NCBI GenBank assembly: GCA_963803435.1
Contig: CAWDML010000009.1
Span: forward strand, 64,001-128,000
Source: an uncultured delta proteobacterium
Lineage (GTDB): Bacteria > Myxococcota > Kuafuiibacteriia > Kuafuiibacteriales > Kuafuiibacteriaceae
Direction: 5' to 3'
Length of the DNA: 64,000 nucleotides
Part shown: positions 48,676 to 57,974 of the stretch, piece after piece
Layout: every line of letters starts with the position of its first letter
How positions within the stretch are numbered: position 1 is the stretch's first letter
Notes under the pieces: generated by a model
The model's input: only the letters and a program-made list of their open reading frames with translations
Told to the model about the DNA's origin: nothing
The model's database searches: none
Made by a program: the position numbers and the translations under genes

Positions 48676-49407
48676 GTGTCGACGAAGAAAACCGGGTTTG
48701 GGCCGGGGCCAATCGTTCCGCCCCAGACGCAAGGCGCGCAGAAGTCCCAGAAAGCACAGAACGTCCAGGCGCCGGTCGCACGCGGCATCGAGAACCTCAA
48801 GCAGGAGCTCCCGAAGAGCGGGTTGAAGGGGACGAGCAGCCCGCTCTCCGGGCTGATCGCCTCCGGGCTCGAAGCCCTGGCCCGCGCCGAAGGATGGGAA
48901 GGCCAGCAGAGCGCCCTCGGAGTGCTGGTCAACGCGATGATGCATGCGCAACCGAAGTCGGACACGCAGGCACCGCTGGCGCGCGTCGACTTCGAGTCGA
49001 TGCTCAAGAAGCTGGCCTCGACCGAGGAGGAGGCCGCCGAGGTCAAGGAAGACGCGGAGAAGCTGGCCGCGCTGGCGGCGCTGATCGTGAATCCAGATCA
49101 GGGACGTAAGAAGCAGCGGGGCAAGAAGCAGCCGCAGGACGAGGAAGACGAGGAGCCGCCGGACGAGCTCCAGCTCAAGCGCGACGTCGAAGAGGTCCGC
49201 GACGCCGTGAAGACCGTGCTCTCCGATCCCAGCGAGGAGCGCGAGGTCCACGTCGAGTCGCTGATCGAGAACCTCGGCTGGGTGGCGAATCAGCTGGGCC
49301 GTGTGGACTGGCAGAACTCGTCCGTGGTCCGTATCGACGGCTTCGTGGGAATGATGAAGATCGTCGTCAAGTACGTGCGAAAAGGCCGCCAATCCGAGAG
49401 CGCTTGA
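48676..49407 (+). CDS. Hypothetical helical protein with disordered N-terminus
   Basis: Strong RBS GAGGAGGAG; 243 aa; no signal peptide. Confidence 0.75.
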   Translation: MSTKKTGFGPGPIVPPQTQGAQKSQKAQNVQAPVARGIENLKQELPKSGLKGTSSPLSGLIASGLEALARAEGWEGQQSALGVLVNAMMHAQPKSDTQAPLARVDFESMLKKLASTEEEAAEVKEDAEKLAALAALIVNPDQGRKKQRGKKQPQDEEDEEPPDELQLKRDVEEVRDAVKTVLSDPSEEREVHVESLIENLGWVANQLGRVDWQNSSVVRIDGFVGMMKIVVKYVRKGRQSESA

Positions 49408-49528
49408 ACGCCCTCACGTGCCTGCGGTCACGATGCGCCCGATCGCGTGCCCGCGCCGTCCATAGACATTGACGTCCCCTCCGTCTGGTGGTGGTGTCTC
49501 GTTCCCCGAAGGGAGGCCCCGAAAAGTC

Positions 49529-50866
49529 ATGATGCGCTCGCTCAAAGGCCTGTTGCTCCTCGGCGCCGTCGGTGTTCTCGCACCGGCGTGCACCAATCCC
49601 ACCGTCGATCCGAACGCGACCTTCACCGCCAAGGGTGTCGTCGTCGATGAGACCGGTGCTCCGCTCGTCGACGCGGAGGTCCGGCTGATCAAGTACTGGA
49701 GCGACCTCAACGTCTTCCAGCCCAACGTCGAGACCCTGTTCGCCGACAATCCGAACGGCGACAGCGCGGTCGGCCTGGGCGTCGCGGTGGTCGACACGGC
49801 CCGCACCAACTCCGAAGGCGAGTACTCCTTCGAGTTCCTCGGGGACGACATCCGGAAGCCCGGCGGCGTCACGACCGCCACGGGCGAGGTCGAGGTCGCC
49901 GACGTCGTGGTGGTGGTGCGCGATCCGCTGGACACCACCAGGCAGTCCGGCGTGTACACCTACCACTACCTCTTCCAGCCGGCGGCCAAGGTCTGGGACG
50001 CCGGCGAGCTCGGTCTCTGGGACTCGCAGGCCGAGGCCGACTCCTCCGACGCGCTCACCTCCGGCCTGGTCAAGCTCTCCTGGTCGAAGCTCGAGCGCTC
50101 CAGCAGCACGATGGTCCGCAACGCCTACCGCGTCTGGGTGGAGCCGGCGAACGAGCCCGGACCGCGCCTGATCATCTACTGCAACCAGGGCGACGAGGTG
50201 GAGGGCGGCTGCGCCCAGGACACCGAGGACTCGAGCAAGCTCGCGCGGTACCTCTCGGCGTTCTACATCGAGCAGTACTACACCGACAGCGACCGGCAGT
50301 TCGCCGCGTTCGTCCAGGGCAACAGTCCGGACTTCCGCTTCGTCAGCCGCTTCGTCGTCATCGATCCGCTCCCGGACCTCACCGACTACCGTGACCCGCT
50401 GCCCGGCTTCGAGGTCTACGCGGTCAACACCGAGACCATGGAGAGCCAGGATCTCACCGACTCCGCCGCCACCGACGGCGACGCCATGACCCGTGAGACC
50501 ATCACGATCGGCAACGCCGACGCCCTCTACGTGAAGCTCGTCCAGAACAACTCGGCGCCCGTCATCAGCGACGCCGGCATCCTGAACTCTCTGGTCCGCA
50601 ACGCCCGTAACGGGTGCATCACCCTCGAGTTCACCGTCCGCTTCCCCACCGACCTCGACGGCGCCGTCGCGGTGGCACCCGCGGACTGGACGCAAAAGGG
50701 CAAGTTCTGCGGCGAGAACGGCGCTGCCGACGAGATGTCGGCCATCGCCAGCTTCGACACCACCTCGGAGTCCGGCGTCGCGGCCGGCTGGATGCGCGTC
50801 ACTGCCGACACCGGTCTCACGTTCGACGCCGTGGGTGAAGTCGCGATCTACCAGCTCGCGCGCTAG
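49529..50866 (+). CDS. Acidic beta-rich lipoprotein (carboxypeptidase-regulatory-like N-domain)
   Basis: Lipobox APAC; GVVVDETGAPL...RTNSEGEYSF. Confidence 0.78.
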   Translation: MMRSLKGLLLLGAVGVLAPACTNPTVDPNATFTAKGVVVDETGAPLVDAEVRLIKYWSDLNVFQPNVETLFADNPNGDSAVGLGVAVVDTARTNSEGEYSFEFLGDDIRKPGGVTTATGEVEVADVVVVVRDPLDTTRQSGVYTYHYLFQPAAKVWDAGELGLWDSQAEADSSDALTSGLVKLSWSKLERSSSTMVRNAYRVWVEPANEPGPRLIIYCNQGDEVEGGCAQDTEDSSKLARYLSAFYIEQYYTDSDRQFAAFVQGNSPDFRFVSRFVVIDPLPDLTDYRDPLPGFEVYAVNTETMESQDLTDSAATDGDAMTRETITIGNADALYVKLVQNNSAPVISDAGILNSLVRNARNGCITLEFTVRFPTDLDGAVAVAPADWTQKGKFCGENGAADEMSAIASFDTTSESGVAAGWMRVTADTGLTFDAVGEVAIYQLAR

Positions 50867-51332
50867 GAGCGTGTAGCGCGTAAGCGCTCACGCGACCCCG
50901 GTCCGGGTCCCGCGTGCGTTCCTCCAGGCCTACAATGCCCAAGTGTCGTAGATGAGCACGCTCAGGTGATTGTCGCCGAAGGGGTCAGCAACCAGGCACC
51001 TGATCAGCAACACCTCGTCCCGATGCTCCGTGATGTGTTCGGCGACTGCGGCGATGCTCCGCGGAAGATGACGGCAGACAACGTCCGTCCTCATCAGCTT
51101 CGGAGCCCACACCTGCCTCGCTCGCTCGCAAGCGAATGCGAGACAAGTTGCAAACGCGCGACGGCAAGGCGGTCTACGCCGTCTGCCTCACCCACAACCT
51201 GCTCAAGCTCTACCGATCGAAGCTCGTGACCGTCGCGAGCGTCTGACTCAAGGCAGCCATCTTCAGATCGGGACCCGGACCGGGACCGGGACCCGGACCG
51301 GGGTCGCGTGAGCGCTTACGCGCTACACGCTC
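50867..51332 (+). mobile_element. Internally deleted IS1182-family element
   Basis: Perfect 46-bp inverted repeats (50867-50912 / 51287-51332) flanked by CTAG; transposase scraps AYNAQ, VIVAEGVSNQAPD, RMRDKLQT...AVYA and CLTHNLLKL. Confidence 0.85.
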
Positions 51333-51410
51333 CTAGGCCGCCCGCTCTCCCCAGTTTCGAGCACCCTTCGCTCGCTCCTTTCGGCGCTTCGTGCTTAGAC
51401 AGCATGGGCG

Positions 51411-52166
51411 GTGAAGACGGAGGTGCTCGGCGCGTTCCGCCGGCTCGTCGAGCCGGTGTTGAGGGAGAGCGGTTTTCAAGGTCGGCGGGGGCACATGGTC
51501 CGCCGGGTCGGCGGGGTCACGCAGATCATCGAGGTTCAGCACTCGATCTACGGTGAGCGGTTGACGACGAACCTCGGGCTCGACCTCGAGTGGTTGCGGC
51601 CGACGATCCGCTGGATCCCGCGGCCCGCGCTCGGGCCGCATGCGCACGACAGCGTCCGGTGGGTCCGGATCGGGCTGATCGGGCCGGAGAAGTCGGATCG
51701 GTGGTGGGGGTACGGGGCGGAGACCGCCGGGCTCGAGGCGGCGATGCGATCGCTGGGGGAGGCGGTCGGCGCCGCCGGGCTGGCGTGGCTCGACGAGGCG
51801 AGCGATCCGCCCAGCTTTCTCGAGTATGCGCGCGAGCAGATGGAGCGGTCGCGGAGCGACCGGCATCCGGACGGCGGGTTCATGGAGCTCCGGTTGATGG
51901 CGGCGGTGCTGGCCTGGAACGGCGATCGAGATCAGGCGCTGAAGCTGGCCAATCGGGCGCGCGCCATCTGGAGCGAGGAGAAGGAGCGCCTGGAGAAGGC
52001 GCGGCACACCTATCGGAAGCGGCACCCGGGGCCGGGCCGGCTGCCGGGCGTACCCAACCTCCTGAGCGAGCTCGAGGCGCTCATTTCGCCCACCAAGGGT
52101 GAGTATCCTTTTGTGGCTCGAGCGCCCTCTTCGCGGCGGCGCCCGTCGCGGTCCGCGCGGCCTTGA
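51411..52166 (+). CDS. DUF4304-like hypothetical protein
   Basis: PVLRESGF...QIIEVQHS...TTNLG pattern. Confidence 0.65.
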   Translation: MKTEVLGAFRRLVEPVLRESGFQGRRGHMVRRVGGVTQIIEVQHSIYGERLTTNLGLDLEWLRPTIRWIPRPALGPHAHDSVRWVRIGLIGPEKSDRWWGYGAETAGLEAAMRSLGEAVGAAGLAWLDEASDPPSFLEYAREQMERSRSDRHPDGGFMELRLMAAVLAWNGDRDQALKLANRARAIWSEEKERLEKARHTYRKRHPGPGRLPGVPNLLSELEALISPTKGEYPFVARAPSSRRRPSRSARP

Positions 52167-52770
52167 TCATCTCGGGCGGGACGAGCAGCGACTTGTCGCG
52201 ATCCCACGCGACCGCCCGGGCGAAGCCGACGAACCGTAGCTCGGTATCGAACACGGGCATCGCCAGGTGGAGCTGGAGGGACGTGCTCGGGTGGCCCTCG
52301 GCCTCGGGGGCCGATCCCGTCTGAGTGATCACGCCGCTGACCACGCCGGCCAGCTCGAGCGTGGAGACGAGCGCGAAGACGTCCGCGTCCTCCTTGCGAT
52401 CCTTCTTCTCCAGCGGCTTGGCCGGAGACAGGCCGGTGTCGGAGAGGGGCCGTTCGGTGGCGATGAGCGCGACGCGGCGCTCCACGTCCTCGAGGACGAC
52501 CTTCCCGGGGATCTCGACCCGCTTGGGTCCGATGATGCTCACTGCGCGCGCGTGCTCGGTGATGAAGTAGCTGGTGGCGACCAGCTTCTCTCCGATCACC
52601 GCGCCGAACCCGTTGCGCTCGCGCTCCGCCAGCGGCTGGCTCTTGTCGGGCGTGACCTTCACCTCGAGATAGGCGGTGTGCGTCTTGAGCAGGCGGCTGA
52701 GCTCGTCGAGGTGATCGGCCCGCTCGGGATCCCACTGCGAGATCAAGAGAAGCGCCAGCAGCGGGATCAC
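52081..52770 (-). CDS. Secreted trypsin-like (HtrA-fold) protein lacking the catalytic triad
   Basis: Signal peptide; GFGAVI, VALI and PVFD...VG segments follow the trypsin-like layout, but no His, Asp or GNSGG. Confidence 0.6.
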   Translation of the reverse strand: MIPLLALLLISQWDPERADHLDELSRLLKTHTAYLEVKVTPDKSQPLAERERNGFGAVIGEKLVATSYFITEHARAVSIIGPKRVEIPGKVVLEDVERRVALIATERPLSDTGLSPAKPLEKKDRKEDADVFALVSTLELAGVVSGVITQTGSAPEAEGHPSTSLQLHLAMPVFDTELRFVGFARAVAWDRDKSLLVPPEMIKAARTATGAAAKRALEPQKDTHPWWAK

Positions 52771-54053
52771 GCAGCGTCCCCCTTCGACTCGTGTCCGAGC
52801 GGAACCAGCGTGCCGCGATCGCGCACCATCGGGACGCCCTCCTCGACGTGCGCCGGCACCACGGAGACGACCTCGTCGGGGCGCATCACGATCACGGTGT
52901 CGTTCGGGATCTCGCGGCCCGGCTGGATCAGCACCTTGGCGGCCACCTTCGCGCGGTGTCCCACGACCGACCCCAGGAACGAGCGCCCCGAGCCCACCAG
53001 CGCGCCCCGGTGGCTCACCTTCACGTCGCCGGCGAACTTGGCGTCGACGAAGCCGGCCCAGGCGTTCACGAACGCGCCGCGCCCGATGAGCGTCACCTGG
53101 AGCTTGTAGTTCCCGACGGTCGCCTCCGGATACACCACGGTGCTGACCAGGAACGTGTTCTCGGTGACCAGCGTGCGCGGGCCGATGACGGTGTTGAGCA
53201 GCACCGCGTGGTCCTGGATGATCGCGCCGTCCGCCACTACGCTGTTCCGGATGGTCGCGTGGGGACCGATCCTCACGCCGCGGCCGATCAGCGCGCCCGA
53301 GAGCCGCGCCGTCTTGTGGATCTCACAGCCGGGTCCGCAGCGCACCAGGCGGTCGAGAAGCTTGTTCCGATCCAGCGAGAACGCGGAGAGCGCGCGAAAC
53401 GCGGCCCAGATCGGATGACGGCGGAGCGTCTCCATCCAGCGGATGCCGAACGCGATCTGGTTGAGCCAGAGGATGTGCACCCAGTGCTCGATCGATACCA
53501 CCACGGTGGAGGTGACCGGGTACCGCATCTTCGTCTTCTCGCGCTCGCCGATCGTCGGCAGATGGATCTCCGCGACCAGCTCCCTCTTCGGGACGTCGAT
53601 GGGCGCGCCGCCCACGGCCCGGATCCACGCCACCGGATCTTGATCGGGCGGCGGGAGCTCGGCGCCGGCGTCGAGGAGCACGACGTCGTGGATGACGAGA
53701 TCATCCTTCTGCAAGACATCCTGCAAAGGGAGCGTGTACTCGACGGAGGCGTTCATCGAGAGCGCCAGCCGGCAGGGCCGGGGCGCCGACTTGGCGGCGA
53801 GGAGGAAGTCGCCGGCCGCCTTCTCGGAGAGATAGATCCGGTCGAGCATCAGGAGGACGGGGACCTTCGAGTCCCGGACCGCGCGCGCGGCCTCGCCGGC
53901 GTCGGCCACCCGGATCACCTCGAACGCGATGGTCTGGAAGGTCTGATCCTGGGTCTCGGCGAGGGTCTGGTGGGTGAAGAAGGCAGAAGAGACGTGATCC
54001 CCGAACGGCGAGATGACGGTGTCCGTCCGCAGGATGACCGCGCGCCCCTTCAC
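52767..54053 (-). CDS. GlmU-like protein: degenerate nucleotidyltransferase domain plus hexapeptide left-handed beta-helix
   Basis: IGRGVRIGPHATIRNSVV repeats; SGRSFLGSVVGH; start 54053 or 54071. Confidence 0.7.
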   Translation of the reverse strand: MKGRAVILRTDTVISPFGDHVSSAFFTHQTLAETQDQTFQTIAFEVIRVADAGEAARAVRDSKVPVLLMLDRIYLSEKAAGDFLLAAKSAPRPCRLALSMNASVEYTLPLQDVLQKDDLVIHDVVLLDAGAELPPPDQDPVAWIRAVGGAPIDVPKRELVAEIHLPTIGEREKTKMRYPVTSTVVVSIEHWVHILWLNQIAFGIRWMETLRRHPIWAAFRALSAFSLDRNKLLDRLVRCGPGCEIHKTARLSGALIGRGVRIGPHATIRNSVVADGAIIQDHAVLLNTVIGPRTLVTENTFLVSTVVYPEATVGNYKLQVTLIGRGAFVNAWAGFVDAKFAGDVKVSHRGALVGSGRSFLGSVVGHRAKVAAKVLIQPGREIPNDTVIVMRPDEVVSVVPAHVEEGVPMVRDRGTLVPLGHESKGDAA

Positions 54054-54084
54054 TCGGAGGCACCTTATCACGGTCGACCGAGGG

Positions 54085-55227
54085 TCAATCCACCTCTTCC
54101 GCCCGGTAGCCGGGCAGCACCCGCTCGACCGGGACCAGCGCGCCGTCGAACCAGCAGGCGGGCGCGCCGTTCGCCACGTCGAAGCGCATGACGCCCTCCT
54201 CTCGCCGCATCACCACCGTCGTGCGGTTTGGCAGCGCCCGGCCGGGCGCCACGATCGTCCGCGCGCCCAGGATGCACCCGTGTCCGACGCAGCCGCCCAG
54301 GCTCTTCCGCCCGGTGTCGATCAAGCGACCGTCGCGATCGACCCGGATCGTCCGCTCGATCCCTTCGTTCCAGAAGATCACCCCGGTGGTGAGGAAGACG
54401 CTGCGGCCGAGCAGCGTGTCACGGAGGAGGAGGTTCGAGAGCGTTCCCTCGCCGAACGCCACCGCGAAGTAGAAGCTGGCGTCCGCCAGCGTGTGGGTCC
54501 CGCCGCCCAGGACCGAGCGCGTCACCTTGGTGAAGTCCGAGAGCGTGGCTTGGGGGCCGACGTACGCGTCCTGGAGCGCGCAGTCCGCGCCGATCGACGC
54601 GCCCTCTCCGATCACCGAGCCCTCGACGTGCGCCGTGTGATGGACGCTCGCGCTCTTCGCGATGGCGTTGTTGCGGCGCTTCAGGTGCCGCCGCAGCGCC
54701 GGGATCAAGAGCGGCGCGACCCACAACAGGTGGACCCAGTGCTCGAGGTGCGCCGCCAGCACGCCGTCGGCGGGCAGATCGAGGTGATGCGGCGGCGGAC
54801 CGACCCGATGGATCTCCCGCCGGAACGTCCGGTCCTCGACGACGGCGAGGACCGGATCCGCTTCGCGGCGGAGGGCCGCCAGATCCATCCCGTCCGGCGC
54901 GTCCGAGAACACGTCGAAGAGCAGCCGCTCGCCGTCGCGCTCGATGCTGGAGACGGGCGCGAGGAGCGCCGAGCTGGAGGAGGCGGGCAGGGCCAGGCGG
55001 GCCGGCCGACCTCGGGGCGCCTCCCGGAGGAACGCAGAGAGCACGGGCGCGGTGGCGATCGCGTGATCGGCGAAGGTGAGGCGCTCGGGTGCGCCCGCCG
55101 CCTCCGCCTCGCGGCAGCGAAAGCCGGCGACGTCCCGATCGAGCAGCGGGAGATCGACGACGCGGTCGCCGAACGGAGCGATGCGCGTATCGAGATCCAG
55201 CACGCGCACGACGGCCGAAGTCATCAC
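54085..55227 (-). CDS. GlmU-like protein paralog with hexapeptide left-handed beta-helix
   Basis: VIGEGASIGADC repeats; DTGRKSLGGCVGHGCILG; HWVHLLW shared with its neighbour. Confidence 0.7.
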   Translation of the reverse strand: MMTSAVVRVLDLDTRIAPFGDRVVDLPLLDRDVAGFRCREAEAAGAPERLTFADHAIATAPVLSAFLREAPRGRPARLALPASSSSALLAPVSSIERDGERLLFDVFSDAPDGMDLAALRREADPVLAVVEDRTFRREIHRVGPPPHHLDLPADGVLAAHLEHWVHLLWVAPLLIPALRRHLKRRNNAIAKSASVHHTAHVEGSVIGEGASIGADCALQDAYVGPQATLSDFTKVTRSVLGGGTHTLADASFYFAVAFGEGTLSNLLLRDTLLGRSVFLTTGVIFWNEGIERTIRVDRDGRLIDTGRKSLGGCVGHGCILGARTIVAPGRALPNRTTVVMRREEGVMRFDVANGAPACWFDGALVPVERVLPGYRAEEVD

Positions 55228-55242
55228 GGTCCGGGATCGCCG

Positions 55243-56499
55243 TCAATGCGGCCCATCGAACCACGCCGACGGCATACTCTGCGAGACCAGCTCCGCGACG
55301 CTGAAGGCGGTGAGGTTCGTCCCCGCCGACATCTGCTCGGCGAAGAGCGAGCGCTGGAAGCTCCGCGCGATCATCGTGGCGCTCGGATAGCGGGAGGACA
55401 TGGTGAGCGCGGTTCGTAGGTTCACTCCGCCGTCGCCGCAGCCGATGACGATGACCGGCGCACAGCGCTCGAAGTGGAAGCGCTCGTCGAGCTCGCGCCA
55501 GAGCAGCGGATCCCGAAGATCGCGGTCCATGATCACCCGCTCGTAGCCGTCGTCGAAGCCGATCTGGTTGTCGAAGATCGCCGCGCCCTGCACGGCCATC
55601 AGGTCGATGATCACGACGGTGTGGAACTTGCCCGCCGCCTCTCTCTGGAGCTGATCGAGCACCGTCTGTCCGAAGCGGCCGAAGCCCGCCAGGACCACCA
55701 GATCGCGCGGCGCCGTGCGATCGAAGTGAGCCAGGAGGTGGGTCGCCACCAGATGGGACGCCGCGATCTGATGCACGTTGAAGGTCTCGCCCCGCACGTG
55801 CACGCCGTTGATCGCACGGAGGAAGCGCAGGTCCGAGACATGCGCGATCGTGCGCGCGGAGATCTCGGGTGCGATCGTCCGGATCTTCGCCGCCGCCTCC
55901 AGGTTCGCGAAGTCGTCGCCGGTGAGCAGCACCACCCGCTGGGCCCGGTCGAGCCGCAGGTGTTGGAGCAGCGCCCCGTTCGTGACGTCGCCGTTCAGCA
56001 CGTGAACGTGGTGGACGTCGCGGGCCTCTTCGAGGCCCACCTGGTCCTCACGCGGCTCGATCACCACGACGGGCACGCGCGGCTGCACGGCGCGCAGGCG
56101 GCGCAGGAACAGGAGCGTGAGCTGGCCGCAGCCGCCGATCACCACGTGTCCGCGCAGCCGCCGCATCCACCAGATCTGCGGCTGGATCAGGAGCATCAGC
56201 CCCTCGACCACGGCTGAGACCGTCACCGCCGGAGCCGCGAAGTACGCGAACCAGAGCAGGCCACGCGCGACCGGCGGTCCCAGCACCGGAGTGCCCAGGT
56301 CCATCCCGCCCAGCACGAACAGCCCGAGCGTATAGTAGATCTTGGTCAACAGATCGCCGGTCGGGATCGACATCCGCTCCGAGGGACCTGCGCCCATGGT
56401 GAACGCCGTCAGGCCGGTGCCCGCGACCAGGAACAGGATGAGGAGGCGACCGCGCCAGCCGCGGGTCAGGTGCTTTTGCCGGGTGCGGGCGAGGTCCAT
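55243..56499 (-). CDS. Membrane protein with channel-like TM/pore region and two TrkA-N/RCK domains
   Basis: TM, YYTLGLFVLGG, TM; then VVIGGCGQL and VVLAGFGRFG Rossmann motifs. Confidence 0.8.
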   Translation of the reverse strand: MDLARTRQKHLTRGWRGRLLILFLVAGTGLTAFTMGAGPSERMSIPTGDLLTKIYYTLGLFVLGGMDLGTPVLGPPVARGLLWFAYFAAPAVTVSAVVEGLMLLIQPQIWWMRRLRGHVVIGGCGQLTLLFLRRLRAVQPRVPVVVIEPREDQVGLEEARDVHHVHVLNGDVTNGALLQHLRLDRAQRVVLLTGDDFANLEAAAKIRTIAPEISARTIAHVSDLRFLRAINGVHVRGETFNVHQIAASHLVATHLLAHFDRTAPRDLVVLAGFGRFGQTVLDQLQREAAGKFHTVVIIDLMAVQGAAIFDNQIGFDDGYERVIMDRDLRDPLLWRELDERFHFERCAPVIVIGCGDGGVNLRTALTMSSRYPSATMIARSFQRSLFAEQMSAGTNLTAFSVAELVSQSMPSAWFDGPH

Positions 56500-57974
56500 C
56501 AGCAGCCGGAAGCGTACGTGATCTCGATCCGTTCGCCGAGCTGGGGCTCGTGCCCGGCGGAGAAGATCACGGCATTCTGTCCGCTGTCGTAGGTCCAGTT
56601 GGCGCCGCCGGCGCTCGGGACGGCCGTCCCGCCCACCGTCACTTCGATGGTGGCGGGATCGCGCGGCGTCAGGCTGAGCGCGAAGGTGGTGCCGTGCGGC
56701 ACCGGTGGGAGCGTGCTCATGGCGAGGGTCCAGTCGGCGGTGCAGGCGTCGCTGGCGGCGCCGCCGGTGTTCTGGGCCATCCCGAGCTGCCGGCCGCCGT
56801 AGAAGGCGGTGGTGCCGTCGTCGAGCGGGCACGAGCTCAGCTGCGGCACGATCACGTTCGCCATGGCGATCGCCGGGTTGCTCTTCAGGCTCTGGAGGAA
56901 CGAGGAGTAGGTCGACACCGTCATGGGCGAGGTGTCGGGCTGCTTGGCGAGATAGATGACGAGGAGCGCCGCGTTGGCCCGCAGGAAGCCGGCGTTCACG
57001 CCGAGCGTGATCAGAGGCGCAGAGAGCGCCAGGCGCGAGGCCTCGAGCCCGTCGTCGGCGGGGAAGCCGGCCTCGCCGACCAGCACGCGGGCCTCGAGGT
57101 CGGCCTGGGGATCGGTGACGTTGTCGCGGGTGACGAACGGCGGTGTTCCTTCGAGCGCGCCCTGATCGCCTTGAGCGCTGACGTCTGCGTTGGTCACGCC
57201 GATCTGGTAGTCCCAGCCCTCGAGATCGAGCCGCGACAGCATCGCCGGCAGGTGCGTGGCCAGCCGCTGCTCCAGCTGCAGCATGGCGTTGTTGTCGTCG
57301 AGGACGAACAGGATGTCGATCGGCCCGGCGCGCTGCGTGAGCGTGTCCGTGACGGTCGGTCCGGCGACGGCCATGCCGGTGAGATCGACGGTCTTGGGGA
57401 CCGGATCCGGCTGGTACGAGACCAGCAGGCGACCGTTGTGCACGCCCGGCGTGTCGGGGAGGAAGGCGAGGTCGACGCCCCTCGAGGCACCGGGGATCAG
57501 TGTGAAAGGCGTGGCCAGGGGCACGATGGTGAAGGCGGGCGAGCTTCCTCCCGCCAGCGCGAGGCCGGTGACCGAGACGGTCATGACGCCCAGGTTCGTG
57601 AGCATCGCCGTCTCGTCGGGGCCCGTGCAGTCGACCGGGCGCGAACCGAAGTCGATCGCGGTCGGGCTCACCTGGAGGAAGTAGCCGGCATCGGTGGTGC
57701 CGCTGTCGCCGAGCGGCGCGGCGTCGAGCTGACCCGCGTCTTCGGCGCCGTCGGGCGCGCCAGCGTCGAGCTCGGCGTCGGGCGCGCCGGCGTCGGGCTC
57801 GGCGTCTCGCGCGAGGGCGTCGGGGAGACCGGCGTCGAGGTCGGGCGCGGCGACGCACGCGCCGTTGACGCACATGCTGGCGGCGGGGCAGTCGAGCTCC
57901 GAGTAGCAGTCGACCTGGTCGAAGCTGGGGATGCAGCCGGACGCGAGGACGGACAGGGCGAGGAGGCGGCGCAC
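56499..57974 (-). CDS. Lipoprotein with Ig-like (choice-of-anchor D-like) and vWA-like domains
   Basis: Lipobox ASGC; DAG-rich linker; VSPTAIDFG; DILFVLDD; WTYDSGQNAVIF. Confidence 0.75.
   Translation of the reverse strand: MRRLLALSVLASGCIPSFDQVDCYSELDCPAASMCVNGACVAAPDLDAGLPDALARDAEPDAGAPDAELDAGAPDGAEDAGQLDAAPLGDSGTTDAGYFLQVSPTAIDFGSRPVDCTGPDETAMLTNLGVMTVSVTGLALAGGSSPAFTIVPLATPFTLIPGASRGVDLAFLPDTPGVHNGRLLVSYQPDPVPKTVDLTGMAVAGPTVTDTLTQRAGPIDILFVLDDNNAMLQLEQRLATHLPAMLSRLDLEGWDYQIGVTNADVSAQGDQGALEGTPPFVTRDNVTDPQADLEARVLVGEAGFPADDGLEASRLALSAPLITLGVNAGFLRANAALLVIYLAKQPDTSPMTVSTYSSFLQSLKSNPAIAMANVIVPQLSSCPLDDGTTAFYGGRQLGMAQNTGGAASDACTADWTLAMSTLPPVPHGTTFALSLTPRDPATIEVTVGGTAVPSAGGANWTYDSGQNAVIFSAGHEPQLGERIEITYASGC

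Noticed and set aside
57690-57850. DAG/PDA-rich repeats in lipoproteins (also near 46850-46980 and 60880-60975)
   Set aside because: Ordinary low-complexity linkers of myxobacterial lipoproteins
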